In this document: in pieces, positions 51,132-60,855 of the stretch
Position numbering within the stretch: position 1 is the stretch's first letter
Layout of the letters: every line of letters begins with the position of its first letter
DNA from: Candidatus Cloacimonadales bacterium
Lineage (GTDB): Bacteria > Cloacimonadota > Cloacimonadia > Cloacimonadales > JAFGVF01
Direction of reading: 5' to 3'
Length of the DNA stretch: 64,000 bases
Assembly: GCA_963677495.2 (NCBI GenBank)
Contig: CAXXOU010000004.1
Coordinates: forward strand, 1,152,001 to 1,216,000
Translations under genes and position numbers: made by a program
The notes under the pieces: generated by a model
Database searches by the model: none
What the model was told of the DNA's origin: nothing
The model's input: the letters and a program-made list of their open reading frames with translations, nothing else

Positions 51132-52859
51132 TTATTTCATAAGAATCATCTTCTTTGAAGCTTGATATGCACCAGCATTAAGCTTGTAGAAGTAGATACC
51201 ACTTGATACTTTATTATTGTTTGAATCAAATCCATCCCAAACAATACTATGTTTTCCTTCTGATAGTCTCTGATTAACTAGTGTATTCACTTTTTGACCT
51301 AAGACATTATAGATATCAAGAACTACATCTTCAGAGTTCTTCAGATTGAAACTGATAGTAGTTGTTGGATTAAATGGATTTGGATAGTTGCCAATTAACG
51401 CTGTAGCATTTGCAGCAACTTGATTATCTTCATTATCAGTAGTAGCTAAACCCGTTACTGAGAAGTTATCTAACATTAAGTAGAAAGCATCCTGTGAGAT
51501 ACAATTAACTGCTACACGAACTGTTTGGTTAGCATATGCAGAAAGGTCGATTGCAAGTTCAGTCCAGTCAACCGGAGCTTCAAGATACTGACCTGTAGAG
51601 ATAACAGTAAAATCAGCAGGATCAGTTGAACCATTTGAAACTGACACAGTAAATCTCTCTAATCCGTATTGAGCAGTAGCTGAACGAACCTGGAAACTAA
51701 CACTTGGAGAATCTCCAAGATTGAATTGTGGAGTAATAAGCCAGTCATTGTTGTAAGCACCGGCAGCAGGAACAGCATCAAAACACACAGCCATTTTATC
51801 ACCTTCATATGCTGACAAATCAGTTAATGCCGGAGTTGTGTTAGCTGGATTGAAGACGATAAACGCTTGAGGTTGATAAGCATTTGTCCAGTCAATACCG
51901 TTTAAGCCATATGATTCTAAGCCATCTACATCTACGTTCACCCAAGGATCGAAATCGATTGAGAAATCAGCATATTCTTCGAATCCATCTGTCCAATCAA
52001 CAAGACTTGGATCACTGTAACTAACTCTAACTGTGTTTGAGGCAGCAGATTCAATGTCATTATACAATGCGGTAACATAGTAATCATAGTTTCCATAACC
52101 CGGAAGGTTATCAGCATGTGTTAGAGTTGTAACAGAAGCTAAGAACTCTGTATTACGATAAACATTATATCCGGTAGGAGTATCATCAGCAGGGGCTTCC
52201 CAAGTTAACTGAACAAGTTGATCTAAATTGTCTGCTTGAAGGTTCTGAGGAGGATATGCAACGTCACCTGCTTCTATAACCACTCTAATGTTCCAATTTG
52301 AGTTTAAAGCAGGATTGATTTCATAAAGGTTTGACCACTCACCATCCATCATCATCTTGCTACCTTTATTCTGCACAGCAGGGCCGGCATCACAACCTGC
52401 AGGAAATCCACCGGTTGCAACAACTTCATAACCAACCCAGTAATCAACCGATGTATCGATTGTGATTGGATCAGTTAACGTAACTTCGTTCCAATTCTCA
52501 GTTTGGAATCCAGGTACATCCTGACTATAGACCTCGTTATCAGGATTTGCAACAGAAGTTCCTTCATAGACTTTAAGAGTAACTGCTGAAACAGAATCCC
52601 TTAAATAAAACTGCACTCTTTCGATTGTTGAACCGTTGTAAAGCCCAAGTTCATCAATAGTGAATCTTGAACATACAGTAAAGGTTATTGGCCCATCTAC
52701 ACCAATACCATCGTCATTGTCACCGTCATAATGAACGATAACTTCGTCTCTTGAGTTCGCAGGACTACCACCATTTGAACTCATTGAGCTGAACACAGGA
52801 TTAGCAACTAAACCTGCAACCATCACAAGTAAGAACACTAAACTAAGTGTTTTTCTCAT
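51132..52859 (-). CDS. Secreted protein with fibronectin-III-like, cleaved-adhesin (choice-of-anchor J)-like and FlgD-type C-terminal domains
   Basis: PPQNL..LTWEAP..GYNVYRN..YYVTALY; DGFE..W.NVDVDG..DWLITP..DLSAYA..LDN; NYPNPFNPTTTISF..YNVLGQ..SSGIYFY. Confidence 0.88.
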   Translation of the reverse strand: MRKTLSLVFLLVMVAGLVANPVFSSMSSNGGSPANSRDEVIVHYDGDNDDGIGVDGPITFTVCSRFTIDELGLYNGSTIERVQFYLRDSVSAVTLKVYEGTSVANPDNEVYSQDVPGFQTENWNEVTLTDPITIDTSVDYWVGYEVVATGGFPAGCDAGPAVQNKGSKMMMDGEWSNLYEINPALNSNWNIRVVIEAGDVAYPPQNLQADNLDQLVQLTWEAPADDTPTGYNVYRNTEFLASVTTLTHADNLPGYGNYDYYVTALYNDIESAASNTVRVSYSDPSLVDWTDGFEEYADFSIDFDPWVNVDVDGLESYGLNGIDWTNAYQPQAFIVFNPANTTPALTDLSAYEGDKMAVCFDAVPAAGAYNNDWLITPQFNLGDSPSVSFQVRSATAQYGLERFTVSVSNGSTDPADFTVISTGQYLEAPVDWTELAIDLSAYANQTVRVAVNCISQDAFYLMLDNFSVTGLATTDNEDNQVAANATALIGNYPNPFNPTTTISFNLKNSEDVVLDIYNVLGQKVNTLVNQRLSEGKHSIVWDGFDSNNNKVSSGIYFYKLNAGAYQASKKMILMK

Positions 52860-52915
52860 AAGTCTCTCCTAACTATTTTATTCTAACTACCAAATGCAAA
52901 AAAAGAAACTAGGTT

Positions 52916-53230
52916 TTAGTACACTTTGTGTAAGGGAACTAAATAGACTTTACCAATGTCTTTTCCTATAAAATCAATTCCTGCATGCTTAAGTTCCTCT
53001 AATATGAACTCAACCTGTTCTTCATCAGCAATTCCCATGATAACTTTACCATAGTCCCTTTGGGAACCATAGCTATCTCGGAAACTTGCAAACAATGGAA
53101 CATCGAAGACAAGCTTATGACCTATCGCCTCTCCCCCAAGAACGATAGTATCTTCAACTCCTGCCTCTGTAAGAGCCATAAGCACATCAGAAAGATATTT
53201 CTCTCTGAATAGATGCATTATCATATACAT
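52916..53230 (-). CDS. Small PII/GlnB-fold-like protein
   Basis: 104 aa; DVLMALTEAGV..G, GKVYLVP resemble the PII-superfamily pattern. Confidence 0.55.
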   Translation of the reverse strand: MYMIMHLFREKYLSDVLMALTEAGVEDTIVLGGEAIGHKLVFDVPLFASFRDSYGSQRDYGKVIMGIADEEQVEFILEELKHAGIDFIGKDIGKVYLVPLHKVY

Positions 53231-53242
53231 ATAAACTCCTGT

Positions 53243-54466
53243 TTACCCTTTAACCCGGGTTTCACCGGATTTAACCAGTCCGTGCTTAACAAGAACCGGA
53301 CCTATTAACATAATTATAAATGTAGTTACAGTCATTACACTTGTAATCTGAACAGATTGTTCAATATATCCTTCAGCCTCTAAATACTGTGCTGCAGCTA
53401 GGGATAATCCTATTGCAACACCAGCCTGTGAAAGCAATGTAAAACCAAGATACTTTCTCGTTTTCTCAGGAGCTTTTGCAACCGTTCCGCCTAACCAGGC
53501 ACCTGAATACTTACCTATCATACTAGCTATAATATAGAAAATAACTATAGGCAAATATGTCCATATCACTTTTGGGGCAAATCTGGAACCGATTAGCACA
53601 AAGAACCAAACATATATGGGTGGTGACCATTCACTCAACTGCTGGTTCATCTTTTTTAAGACTATAGGACTTAAATTTACAAGCACTATGCCGGAACACA
53701 TATTTAGAAGTATAGGCGATAATTCCAAGTACTCAGCTATAGCACAATTCAAGAGAATCATACCAAGTGAGAAATACATTATCATCAATCTATCATAAGT
53801 ACGCTTACCAATAAAATATAGCACATAACCAATTGCTGAGCCTATCAGGATTGATAGTCCAACTTCTTTACCTGCATGAAGTAGTGAACCTGCGATTGTG
53901 AGTTCTTTACTGCCAATAACTATTAGCGAAACCGGTAATGTGATAGTGAATATAAGCAGAGCAAAAATATCATCAAGTCCTAAGACTGCGTACAATGTAG
54001 TAGTCATATCACCTGATGCTCTATACTGCTTAATCACATCCACTGTTCCTGCAGGTGCAGTAGCGCAAGCAAAGGAGCCATAAATCATTCCCATCGCAAT
54101 ACTAAGGTTTAGAGGTTCACCAGAAAGCCTGAGCACAGCTGTAATTACAGTTCCAACTACTATAAATGCTGTAGTAGCTTCAAAGACAGTAATCAAAACG
54201 ATCATACTACCGAATCTTCGAAGTTTCTTTATTTGTAATTCACCACCAATACCAAAACCAATGAGCGATAAAGTCACAACATTGATTATATCGAAGCTTT
54301 GAAAATGTTCATGCTTAATTAGTCCTAACGTAGCAGGACCAATTAATGCACCTGCAATAATATAACCAAGCAACAATGGTGATTTAAGTAAAGAAACTCC
54401 TCTCGCAGTTAGTGCTGATAAGAGTAGAGTTACTGCAAGAAACAGAAATACTTCTGGTAAAGGCAT
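53243..54466 (-). CDS. Cation:proton antiporter
   Basis: GYIIAGALIGP, IGFGIGGEL, ATAPAGT, GLDD, FFVLIG, GKYSG, LLSQAGVAIGL. Confidence 0.9.
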   Translation of the reverse strand: MPLPEVFLFLAVTLLLSALTARGVSLLKSPLLLGYIIAGALIGPATLGLIKHEHFQSFDIINVVTLSLIGFGIGGELQIKKLRRFGSMIVLITVFEATTAFIVVGTVITAVLRLSGEPLNLSIAMGMIYGSFACATAPAGTVDVIKQYRASGDMTTTLYAVLGLDDIFALLIFTITLPVSLIVIGSKELTIAGSLLHAGKEVGLSILIGSAIGYVLYFIGKRTYDRLMIMYFSLGMILLNCAIAEYLELSPILLNMCSGIVLVNLSPIVLKKMNQQLSEWSPPIYVWFFVLIGSRFAPKVIWTYLPIVIFYIIASMIGKYSGAWLGGTVAKAPEKTRKYLGFTLLSQAGVAIGLSLAAAQYLEAEGYIEQSVQITSVMTVTTFIIMLIGPVLVKHGLVKSGETRVKG

Positions 54467-54924
54467 TATTTTTGATTACAGATAAGGTTATAGATTTCGT
54501 TTGAATCTTTAGCCTTAATCAGCTTTTTAAGAAACTTCTGATCCTTAAGCCTGAGCACTAATCTTGAAAGCAATCTGATATACTCTTTATCTTGAGTGTC
54601 GGAAGCACCAATCATGAATATTAGATGAACTGGTTTATCATCAATTGATTCATACTCAATACCATCTTTAGATCTTCCAAGAGCTATTGTGAAATCAGTA
54701 ACACCTTTTACTTTCGCATGAGGAACAGCAATACCATAACCGATACCTGTACTCATGAGCTTTTCTCTTTTGTAAATTGCATCTTCAAATGCATCTGCAT
54801 CAACTATCTTGGAGCTCTTGCTAATCAGTTGAACCATCTCCTTAAGAGCCTGGTCTTTGTCTGTTGATCCTAAATCAGCAATCAGTTCCACGGACATATA
54901 ATCTGATACGACTATTCTTTCCAT
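54466..54924 (-). CDS. PTS EIIA (fructose/Ntr-type) protein
   Basis: REKLMSTGIGYGIAVPHA, SIDDKPVHLIFM, LLSRL. Confidence 0.92.
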   Translation of the reverse strand: MERIVVSDYMSVELIADLGSTDKDQALKEMVQLISKSSKIVDADAFEDAIYKREKLMSTGIGYGIAVPHAKVKGVTDFTIALGRSKDGIEYESIDDKPVHLIFMIGASDTQDKEYIRLLSRLVLRLKDQKFLKKLIKAKDSNEIYNLICNQK

Positions 54925-54993
54925 AGCACCTCTCCTATCTGTTTTTTTCTATCTTTAAGAATTGGTGATAATGTCAATCAATATTTCATGCAT

Positions 54994-55023
54994 AAAAAGA
55001 GGAGTTCCCACTTAGGAACTCCT
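54994..55023 (-). terminator. Intrinsic terminator of fhs
   Basis: AGGAGTTCC/GGAACTCCT stem followed by CTTTTTA on the minus strand. Confidence 0.75.
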
Positions 55024-55041
55024 ACATATTTTGTCAGTCTT

Positions 55042-56712
55042 CTAGAATAAGTTACTGATGTTACCGTCTTTATCAATATCCATGGCATTAGCTGATGGAA
55101 CTCTTGGAAGGCCCGGCATGAGCATAATTTCTCCCGTTACAGGTACTAGGAATCCTGCTCCTGCTGAGATATTAATCTCTCTAACAGTTACCAGGAAGTC
55201 TTTTGGCCTACCTAATAGTTTTGGATTATCTGAGAGTGACTTTTGCGTCTTAGCCATACAGATTGGTAACTCTGTTAATCCAAGTTTCTTAATAATTCTA
55301 AGATCCTGCTTCGCTTCAGGTGTAAAATCAACCTTAACTGCCCCATATATTTCAGATGCAATCTTAAAGATTTTATCTTTTACATCCATCTCCAATGAGT
55401 ATAGAGGACGTAGTGTACATTGGTCATGCTCAATCAAGTCTACCACCTTCTCTGCTAAATCAACTGCACCTTCTCCACCTTTGGCATGAGATTCAACTAT
55501 TGATGACTTAAATCCTTTTGAAGCTACGAAATCAGCTATCATCTGAAGTTCATCTTCACTATCTGATGTAAACCTGTTAATAGCAACAACAGACTTCATA
55601 CCAAACTTATTAATATTTTCAAGATGCTTTTCAAGATTCTCTAAACCTTTCTCTAAAGCTTCTAAATTGGGTTCAGTTAAATCTTTAACTTTTACACCAC
55701 CATGCAGCTTAAGTGCCCTAACTGTGGCTACTAGAACTACAGCATTAGTGCAGAAGCCACCCATACGGCAAACGATATCAAAGAACTTTTCAGCACCTAA
55801 ATCAAATCCAAATCCCGCTTCAGTTACTGCATATTCCGATAACCCTAATGCCATCTTTGTTGCAATAACACTGTTCGCTCCTTGTGCGATGTTAGCAAAT
55901 GGACCACCATGAACAATGGCTGGTGTATTCTCAGTAGTTTGCACAAGGTTTGGCTTAATGGCATCTTTTAATAAGGCTGCTATTGCACCCTCAAAACCAA
56001 GTTCTCTAACATAAACAGGCTTTTTATCGTATGTAAATCCTACTAGTATATTCCCGATACGCTCTTTTAAATCATCAATATCATTTGCTAAGCAAAGTAT
56101 CGCCATAATCTCAGAAGCAGGAGTAATCATAAAGTTCTCTTCCAATGGAAAACCTTGTTTCTTACCCCCTAGTCCTACAACCATACTCCTTAGCATTCTG
56201 TCATTAACATCCTGAACTCTCTTCCAGTTAATGGTTCGAGGGTCTAGATTGATAGGATTACCCCAAAAGATATAGTTATCAATTAAAGCAGATAGATTAT
56301 TATTTGCAGATGTTACAGCATGCATATCACCTGTGAAATGTAGATTAATATCTTCCATTGGTAGTACTTGAGAGTAACCACCACCTGCAGCACCACCTTT
56401 GATACCAAAAACAGGCCCTAGTGAAGGTTCTCGAATAGCAGCTACAGAGCTCTTTCCAATTTTGTTTAAAGCTTGTGAGAGTCCAATTGTTGTGGTTGTC
56501 TTGCCTTCACCGGCAGGAGTGGGAGTAATTGCAGAGACAAGAATCAGTTTTCCTCTTTCCTGTTTTCTGATTCTACTAACGGCCTCATAAGTGAGTTTAG
56601 CTTTGAACTTCCCGTAAAGTTCAAGTTCATCTTCGTGAATACCTATAGATTGGGCAATTTCAGTAATAGGTTTTATCTTAGTTTGCTTTGCAATATCTAA
56701 ATCGGTTAACAT
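55042..56712 (-). CDS. fhs: Formate--tetrahydrofolate ligase
   Basis: TPTPAGEGKTT, REPSLGP.FGIKGGAAGGGY, NLHFTGD, HGGPFANIA, TEAGFG.DLGAEKF, CMAKTQ.S, MPGLP. Confidence 0.97.
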   Translation of the reverse strand: MLTDLDIAKQTKIKPITEIAQSIGIHEDELELYGKFKAKLTYEAVSRIRKQERGKLILVSAITPTPAGEGKTTTTIGLSQALNKIGKSSVAAIREPSLGPVFGIKGGAAGGGYSQVLPMEDINLHFTGDMHAVTSANNNLSALIDNYIFWGNPINLDPRTINWKRVQDVNDRMLRSMVVGLGGKKQGFPLEENFMITPASEIMAILCLANDIDDLKERIGNILVGFTYDKKPVYVRELGFEGAIAALLKDAIKPNLVQTTENTPAIVHGGPFANIAQGANSVIATKMALGLSEYAVTEAGFGFDLGAEKFFDIVCRMGGFCTNAVVLVATVRALKLHGGVKVKDLTEPNLEALEKGLENLEKHLENINKFGMKSVVAINRFTSDSEDELQMIADFVASKGFKSSIVESHAKGGEGAVDLAEKVVDLIEHDQCTLRPLYSLEMDVKDKIFKIASEIYGAVKVDFTPEAKQDLRIIKKLGLTELPICMAKTQKSLSDNPKLLGRPKDFLVTVREINISAGAGFLVPVTGEIMLMPGLPRVPSANAMDIDKDGNISNLF

Positions 56713-56776
56713 ACAACCTCCTGTTAATAGTTTTGAGATAAACTAATCAAGAATGTTGTTTAAACAATGTCATATG

Positions 56777-58552
56777 CTAAAAAGAGTATTTTATCTCAGC
56801 AGATATCTCCCAGATACTATCTCGTCCTTCTTCAAACTCAGGATTCACTCTCACCATCACAGATGAGTTGAAATCAAAATAATAAGACGTTCTTATATCA
56901 AACTCAAGCTTCTCATCATCACCCCATTCATAAATAGGCGTAAAGGAAGTATTCCATTTGTTAAAGTACTTTGAGAAATCCCATTCAAGCGAATGATCTT
57001 CATTTCTCACTGTAATCAGATATACTTCATCAACTTTGCTCGCATCTTCACTTGTTAGATACTTATATCTAATCTCAGTATGGAAATAATCTCTTCTTAA
57101 CGCAAATCCTTGACCAAACTCTTTAAAAACAAACTCTTGAGTAACCAATGGTCTGTTATCCCAAGTCAAAGCATATTCAGCCATAATCTTACGGTAGAAT
57201 CTATCTGTAAAACTTCCCTCTTCGCTATATACATAATCTTTATAACTAGCATAAATCTGATAATTCTGTCTAAAGACAACATTATCATGCAGTAATATCT
57301 TAACTAATGGTCTAAAGTCGTAATCAGTTTTTTCGTAGTTATTACCTGAATAGGAACCTTTTATGTAGATTTCGTCATGCTTATGCCAACCGAAACTGAA
57401 CTCTGTGTATACATTTTTATATGGGAATAGCATTAACTTTGTATTGAGGAAATCAGTTACATTATCCTTGTCAGCATCATCAGTAGCATTTGGGTATTCT
57501 CTTCTGAATAGTTGCCTACTGAAGGATACTTCCAGTGTATCAGCGTCTAAGAAGTTATATGAGAAACCACCTAAAGCTCTTCTTGTTTCCTCTTTTCTAT
57601 CACCGGATCCCTCATCAAAACTCTTATCGAAATATGTGTAATGTAACTCTGAGTTGAAAGTAATAGTGTTCATAGGTATCGATAAGTATAAGCTCGATTC
57701 ATTAGTCCAATCATTACTATTCTTTAAAACACTATTCTCTACTTCATAACTGCTTGAATAGAAATTGTTAGTTAATGAAACATTATATCTATCCCAAAAC
57801 AACTCATCATAGTAAATGTTAAAATTGATGTTATCAACAGACTGTTCATCAGCTACTACAAACGTCTCATCAGTATTGGAAGTTGCCATAATCTTTTCTC
57901 GATTGAGATTATAGTTCATATCCGTTTTCAGATAGCGTGTTTCCCCGATATATCTCCAGTCCAAATTAGTATTAAACCTCTTATACTTCTTCCTGTCAGT
58001 ATATTTATCATCGTAAGTGGAAACCAAAGCAAAAGTACCATCTGCAATATCCGTTGAGTATCTAAGGTTTAGATTGTTTCCCGGGCCATTACTAACATAC
58101 TGCCTGTCAGTGGAAGTGTGTTCCTCTTTTGTGTAGAAATACTCTATTTTTCCTTCAATATACAAACTATCGGTAATTGAGTATCGCAAAAGTTGTCCAA
58201 CAGAACCTGAGTTAGTTAAAATCTTATCAGCAGAACTGATAGAGCTATCATAATCACTTTTCTTATATGATACAATATTCTGATGCATTAAGTTTTTAAA
58301 AAGGTATGAGGATTCCCATTTATGATTGGAAGTCTTAAATTCCTGATCTATTCTTCTGTTCAATCCCCAATCTGTATCAGTTGCATACTTCCACCTAAAT
58401 GCCCCTTTAAGAGCAGGTTTATATAGTAAATGAGATTGTATAGAAGTATCTTGGTCAAAACTTTTGAAGTTACCATCAAACATACTCTGTGCAACTAGGA
58501 AGTTACAACATAGGCAGGATAGCAGAATAGAGACTAAGAAACTCTTCTTCAT
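56777..58552 (-). CDS. Hypothetical outer-membrane beta-barrel-like protein
   Basis: Signal peptide, Tyr/Asp/Asn-rich alternating strands, C-terminal AEIKYSF ending in Phe. Confidence 0.65.
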   Translation of the reverse strand: MKKSFLVSILLSCLCCNFLVAQSMFDGNFKSFDQDTSIQSHLLYKPALKGAFRWKYATDTDWGLNRRIDQEFKTSNHKWESSYLFKNLMHQNIVSYKKSDYDSSISSADKILTNSGSVGQLLRYSITDSLYIEGKIEYFYTKEEHTSTDRQYVSNGPGNNLNLRYSTDIADGTFALVSTYDDKYTDRKKYKRFNTNLDWRYIGETRYLKTDMNYNLNREKIMATSNTDETFVVADEQSVDNINFNIYYDELFWDRYNVSLTNNFYSSSYEVENSVLKNSNDWTNESSLYLSIPMNTITFNSELHYTYFDKSFDEGSGDRKEETRRALGGFSYNFLDADTLEVSFSRQLFRREYPNATDDADKDNVTDFLNTKLMLFPYKNVYTEFSFGWHKHDEIYIKGSYSGNNYEKTDYDFRPLVKILLHDNVVFRQNYQIYASYKDYVYSEEGSFTDRFYRKIMAEYALTWDNRPLVTQEFVFKEFGQGFALRRDYFHTEIRYKYLTSEDASKVDEVYLITVRNEDHSLEWDFSKYFNKWNTSFTPIYEWGDDEKLEFDIRTSYYFDFNSSVMVRVNPEFEEGRDSIWEISAEIKYSF

Positions 58553-59303
58553 TCAGGGTTTCACCTCTTCTTTTCAAGTCAATCGGACCTGATTCTTGAA
58601 GTTGGCTTATCTTTTCATTAGGTATAATTGATTTTAAGTTCACTCGTAGCATCTTACGTCTGTTTCTAAATGATGTTTCCACCAGATGCCAGAAAAACTT
58701 CTCATTCGATATTTGTGGTTGGTCTTCTCTCGGTACTAGTTTAATAACAGCAGAATCAACCTTCGGTGGTGGGGTAAAAAGATGTGGCGGGACAGTGAAC
58801 AGATACTGAGGTTTGTAATAGAACTGAGCTTTAAGGCTAAGTATACCATAAGCTTTTGTACCGGGACCTGCCATGATTCTTTCAGCAACTTCTTTTTGTA
58901 TCATCACTGTTATACTTGGGAAAAGATGTCTATAAGTAATAGCTTTAAAGATAAATGGAGATGTTATCTGATATGGCAAATTAGCAACAATCGCTGATCC
59001 TTCCGGTATCCCCAATTCTTCCCATTTTAGACGTAGTATATCCCAGTTAATCAATTCAATCTTATCTTCGAATCTATCTTTTAAGATTGGAATCAAGTCT
59101 TTATCAAGCTCCACTGCTGTTACTTTTGCTCCAACTTGTAGAAGCTCTTCAGTCAGAACTCCCTCACCCGGTCCAACCTCCAGAACGTTCATTCCTTCTG
59201 TTACTCCGGACTCCCGAACAATCTTTTTTATTATGTTCTTATCATGTAGGAAATGCTGTCCTAAAGCTTTTTTATGTTTATGTGTATATTCGATCTTCTT
59301 CAC
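58503..59303 (-). CDS. rsmA: 16S rRNA m6,2A1518/1519 dimethyltransferase
   Basis: KALGQHFL, EVGPGEGVLT, ELD, VANLPYQITS, MIQKEVAER, FTPPPKVDS. Confidence 0.96.
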   Translation of the reverse strand: MKKIEYTHKHKKALGQHFLHDKNIIKKIVRESGVTEGMNVLEVGPGEGVLTEELLQVGAKVTAVELDKDLIPILKDRFEDKIELINWDILRLKWEELGIPEGSAIVANLPYQITSPFIFKAITYRHLFPSITVMIQKEVAERIMAGPGTKAYGILSLKAQFYYKPQYLFTVPPHLFTPPPKVDSAVIKLVPREDQPQISNEKFFWHLVETSFRNRRKMLRVNLKSIIPNEKISQLQESGPIDLKRRGETLNEEEFLSLYSAILPML

Positions 59304-59598
59304 CTGTAATTTTTCTGTTGTTGAAACTAACTTTACGCTCGAAAATCAGTCAATGAATTTATAGAGTTTATCATTATGCTAGCGAACTGACTATTGAAAA
59401 CTGAATATGAACATCAACTCCAAGCGACAGATCGCATTGGATATTAAGCAAACATTCTATCAAAACTATTGGTGATAAAACTGAAATCTCCAAAGTTTGC
59501 AATCCATACTAATAGTTTTAAGCATCGTTATGTTTGTAGAAGTCTACTTCTTCTCTTTATTAAGTCGCATCAAGAGTTTTCTTGCACTGTTAAATAAG

Positions 59599-59619
59599 TT
59601 ATGCACACGATGTGGATAA
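59599..59619. promoter_or_regulatory. Inverted pair of DnaA-box-like 9-mers
   Basis: TTATGCACA (59599-59607, one mismatch to TTATCCACA) and TGTGGATAA (59611-59619, perfect reverse box). Confidence 0.5.
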
Positions 59620-59805
59620 CTTTAGGGTTTCATAGGGTGGGTCTAGGGAGGCTAAAGGGAGGGACTAGCGAGATTCCAGGTTTTTGATGCAGGACATACC
59701 AGACTCGTAGGGGACAAAGTGTTAAAATAATCGCCAAAAAGAAGTACCTAAATAATAAAAACTCGAGTCCACTTTCGAGACTAAACTTTTAACGAAGTTT
59801 GATAC

Positions 59806-59845
59806 AATCAACAGTTCGATTCCATACAGAATCGAACTGTTGATT
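59806..59845. repeat. Perfect 17-bp inverted repeat
   Basis: AATCAACAGTTCGATTC-CATACA-GAATCGAACTGTTGATT. Confidence 0.8.
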
Positions 59846-59916
59846 AAAGCTTATCATTCCAGCTCACTCATTGTGTCATACACGTAAACTCAAATATAGT
59901 TAAGCCAAGAAACAAG

Positions 59917-60582
59917 TTAATAGAAATTATGAAAAATCCTCCAGTTCTGTTTCAATTGACCACGATCTATAAGTTCATTTTTAGAAAGTTCTTTCGCAGC
60001 ATCTTCAGACTCGAGATTTTCTAGCCTCATCTTCTCCCCTGCTTCATAACTCATTTCAGGATGAAATTGTGTACCCCAGATTCTTTTCCCTGTAACTCTG
60101 TAAGCTTGCACTTTGCATTCATTAGTAGAGGCCAAAATCTCGAAGTCAACTGTCAGATTACAAACTTCATCATAATGAGATTGAGCAAAGACAGGATTAA
60201 CAAGACCATCGAACAACTCATCCTTCTCAGTAGCCATTTTATGCCACCCAAACTCCGGGATATCTACTCTTCTACAAGCTGTGCTACCTAGAATTGTTCT
60301 AGCAATCATTTGATGACCGTGACAGATGCCGTAAATTGATTTATCTTTAGCGATAAAGTGATTTATCAACTCTATCAGATCATCATCAAATTCACTACCT
60401 TGAGAAGCTGAGAGCTCAGAACCGGACAAAAGAAGATGAGTGTATTTCGTTAAATCTACTTTGATAGGTAAGTCAGATAAATGATATATACCGTACTTCT
60501 TCATCGCATATATCTCGCTGATGAGTGCATCAAAACGCTCAGCAGCAGAAGTATCTTTTATTGTATTCATCACAAAAAGCAT
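59917..60582 (-). CDS. Type 1 glutamine amidotransferase (GMP synthase GAT-like)
   Basis: LLSGS, GICHGHQ, SHYDEV, GTQFHPE catalytic triad motifs. Confidence 0.9.
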   Translation of the reverse strand: MLFVMNTIKDTSAAERFDALISEIYAMKKYGIYHLSDLPIKVDLTKYTHLLLSGSELSASQGSEFDDDLIELINHFIAKDKSIYGICHGHQMIARTILGSTACRRVDIPEFGWHKMATEKDELFDGLVNPVFAQSHYDEVCNLTVDFEILASTNECKVQAYRVTGKRIWGTQFHPEMSYEAGEKMRLENLESEDAAKELSKNELIDRGQLKQNWRIFHNFY

Positions 60583-60648
60583 TAATTCTCCCTTTAGAAA
60601 AGGGCACCATATGCTAATGCACAGATGCCCGATAATTGCATAAAATAA

Positions 60649-60846
60649 CTAACCGTAATAATGTTCTATCTGGTTTAGAATATTATTTAGAAACTCACCT
60701 GAATTCTCAGGAGTGATTGATTTAGAATCACCATTATCAAATCTAATCATTATAGTACCGAATTGATTTGAGACTTCCCTAATCTTGTGAATTACAACAA
60801 ACTCAGAACCGTTTTGTTCTTCAGAAACATCAATTACTGATTTCAT
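60649..60846 (-). CDS. Small hypothetical protein
   Basis: 65 aa, GAGG RBS directly after the cyclophilin stop. Confidence 0.6.
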   Translation of the reverse strand: MKSVIDVSEEQNGSEFVVIHKIREVSNQFGTIMIRFDNGDSKSITPENSGEFLNNILNQIEHYYG

Positions 60847-60855
60847 TATTACCTC

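Noticed and set aside
59304..59916. Definite oriC or a known ncRNA
   Set aside because: Only two DnaA-like boxes, no dnaA/dnaN/rpmH nearby, no gene-orientation switch, and no recognisable tRNA, tmRNA, RNase P or SRP motifs by eye.
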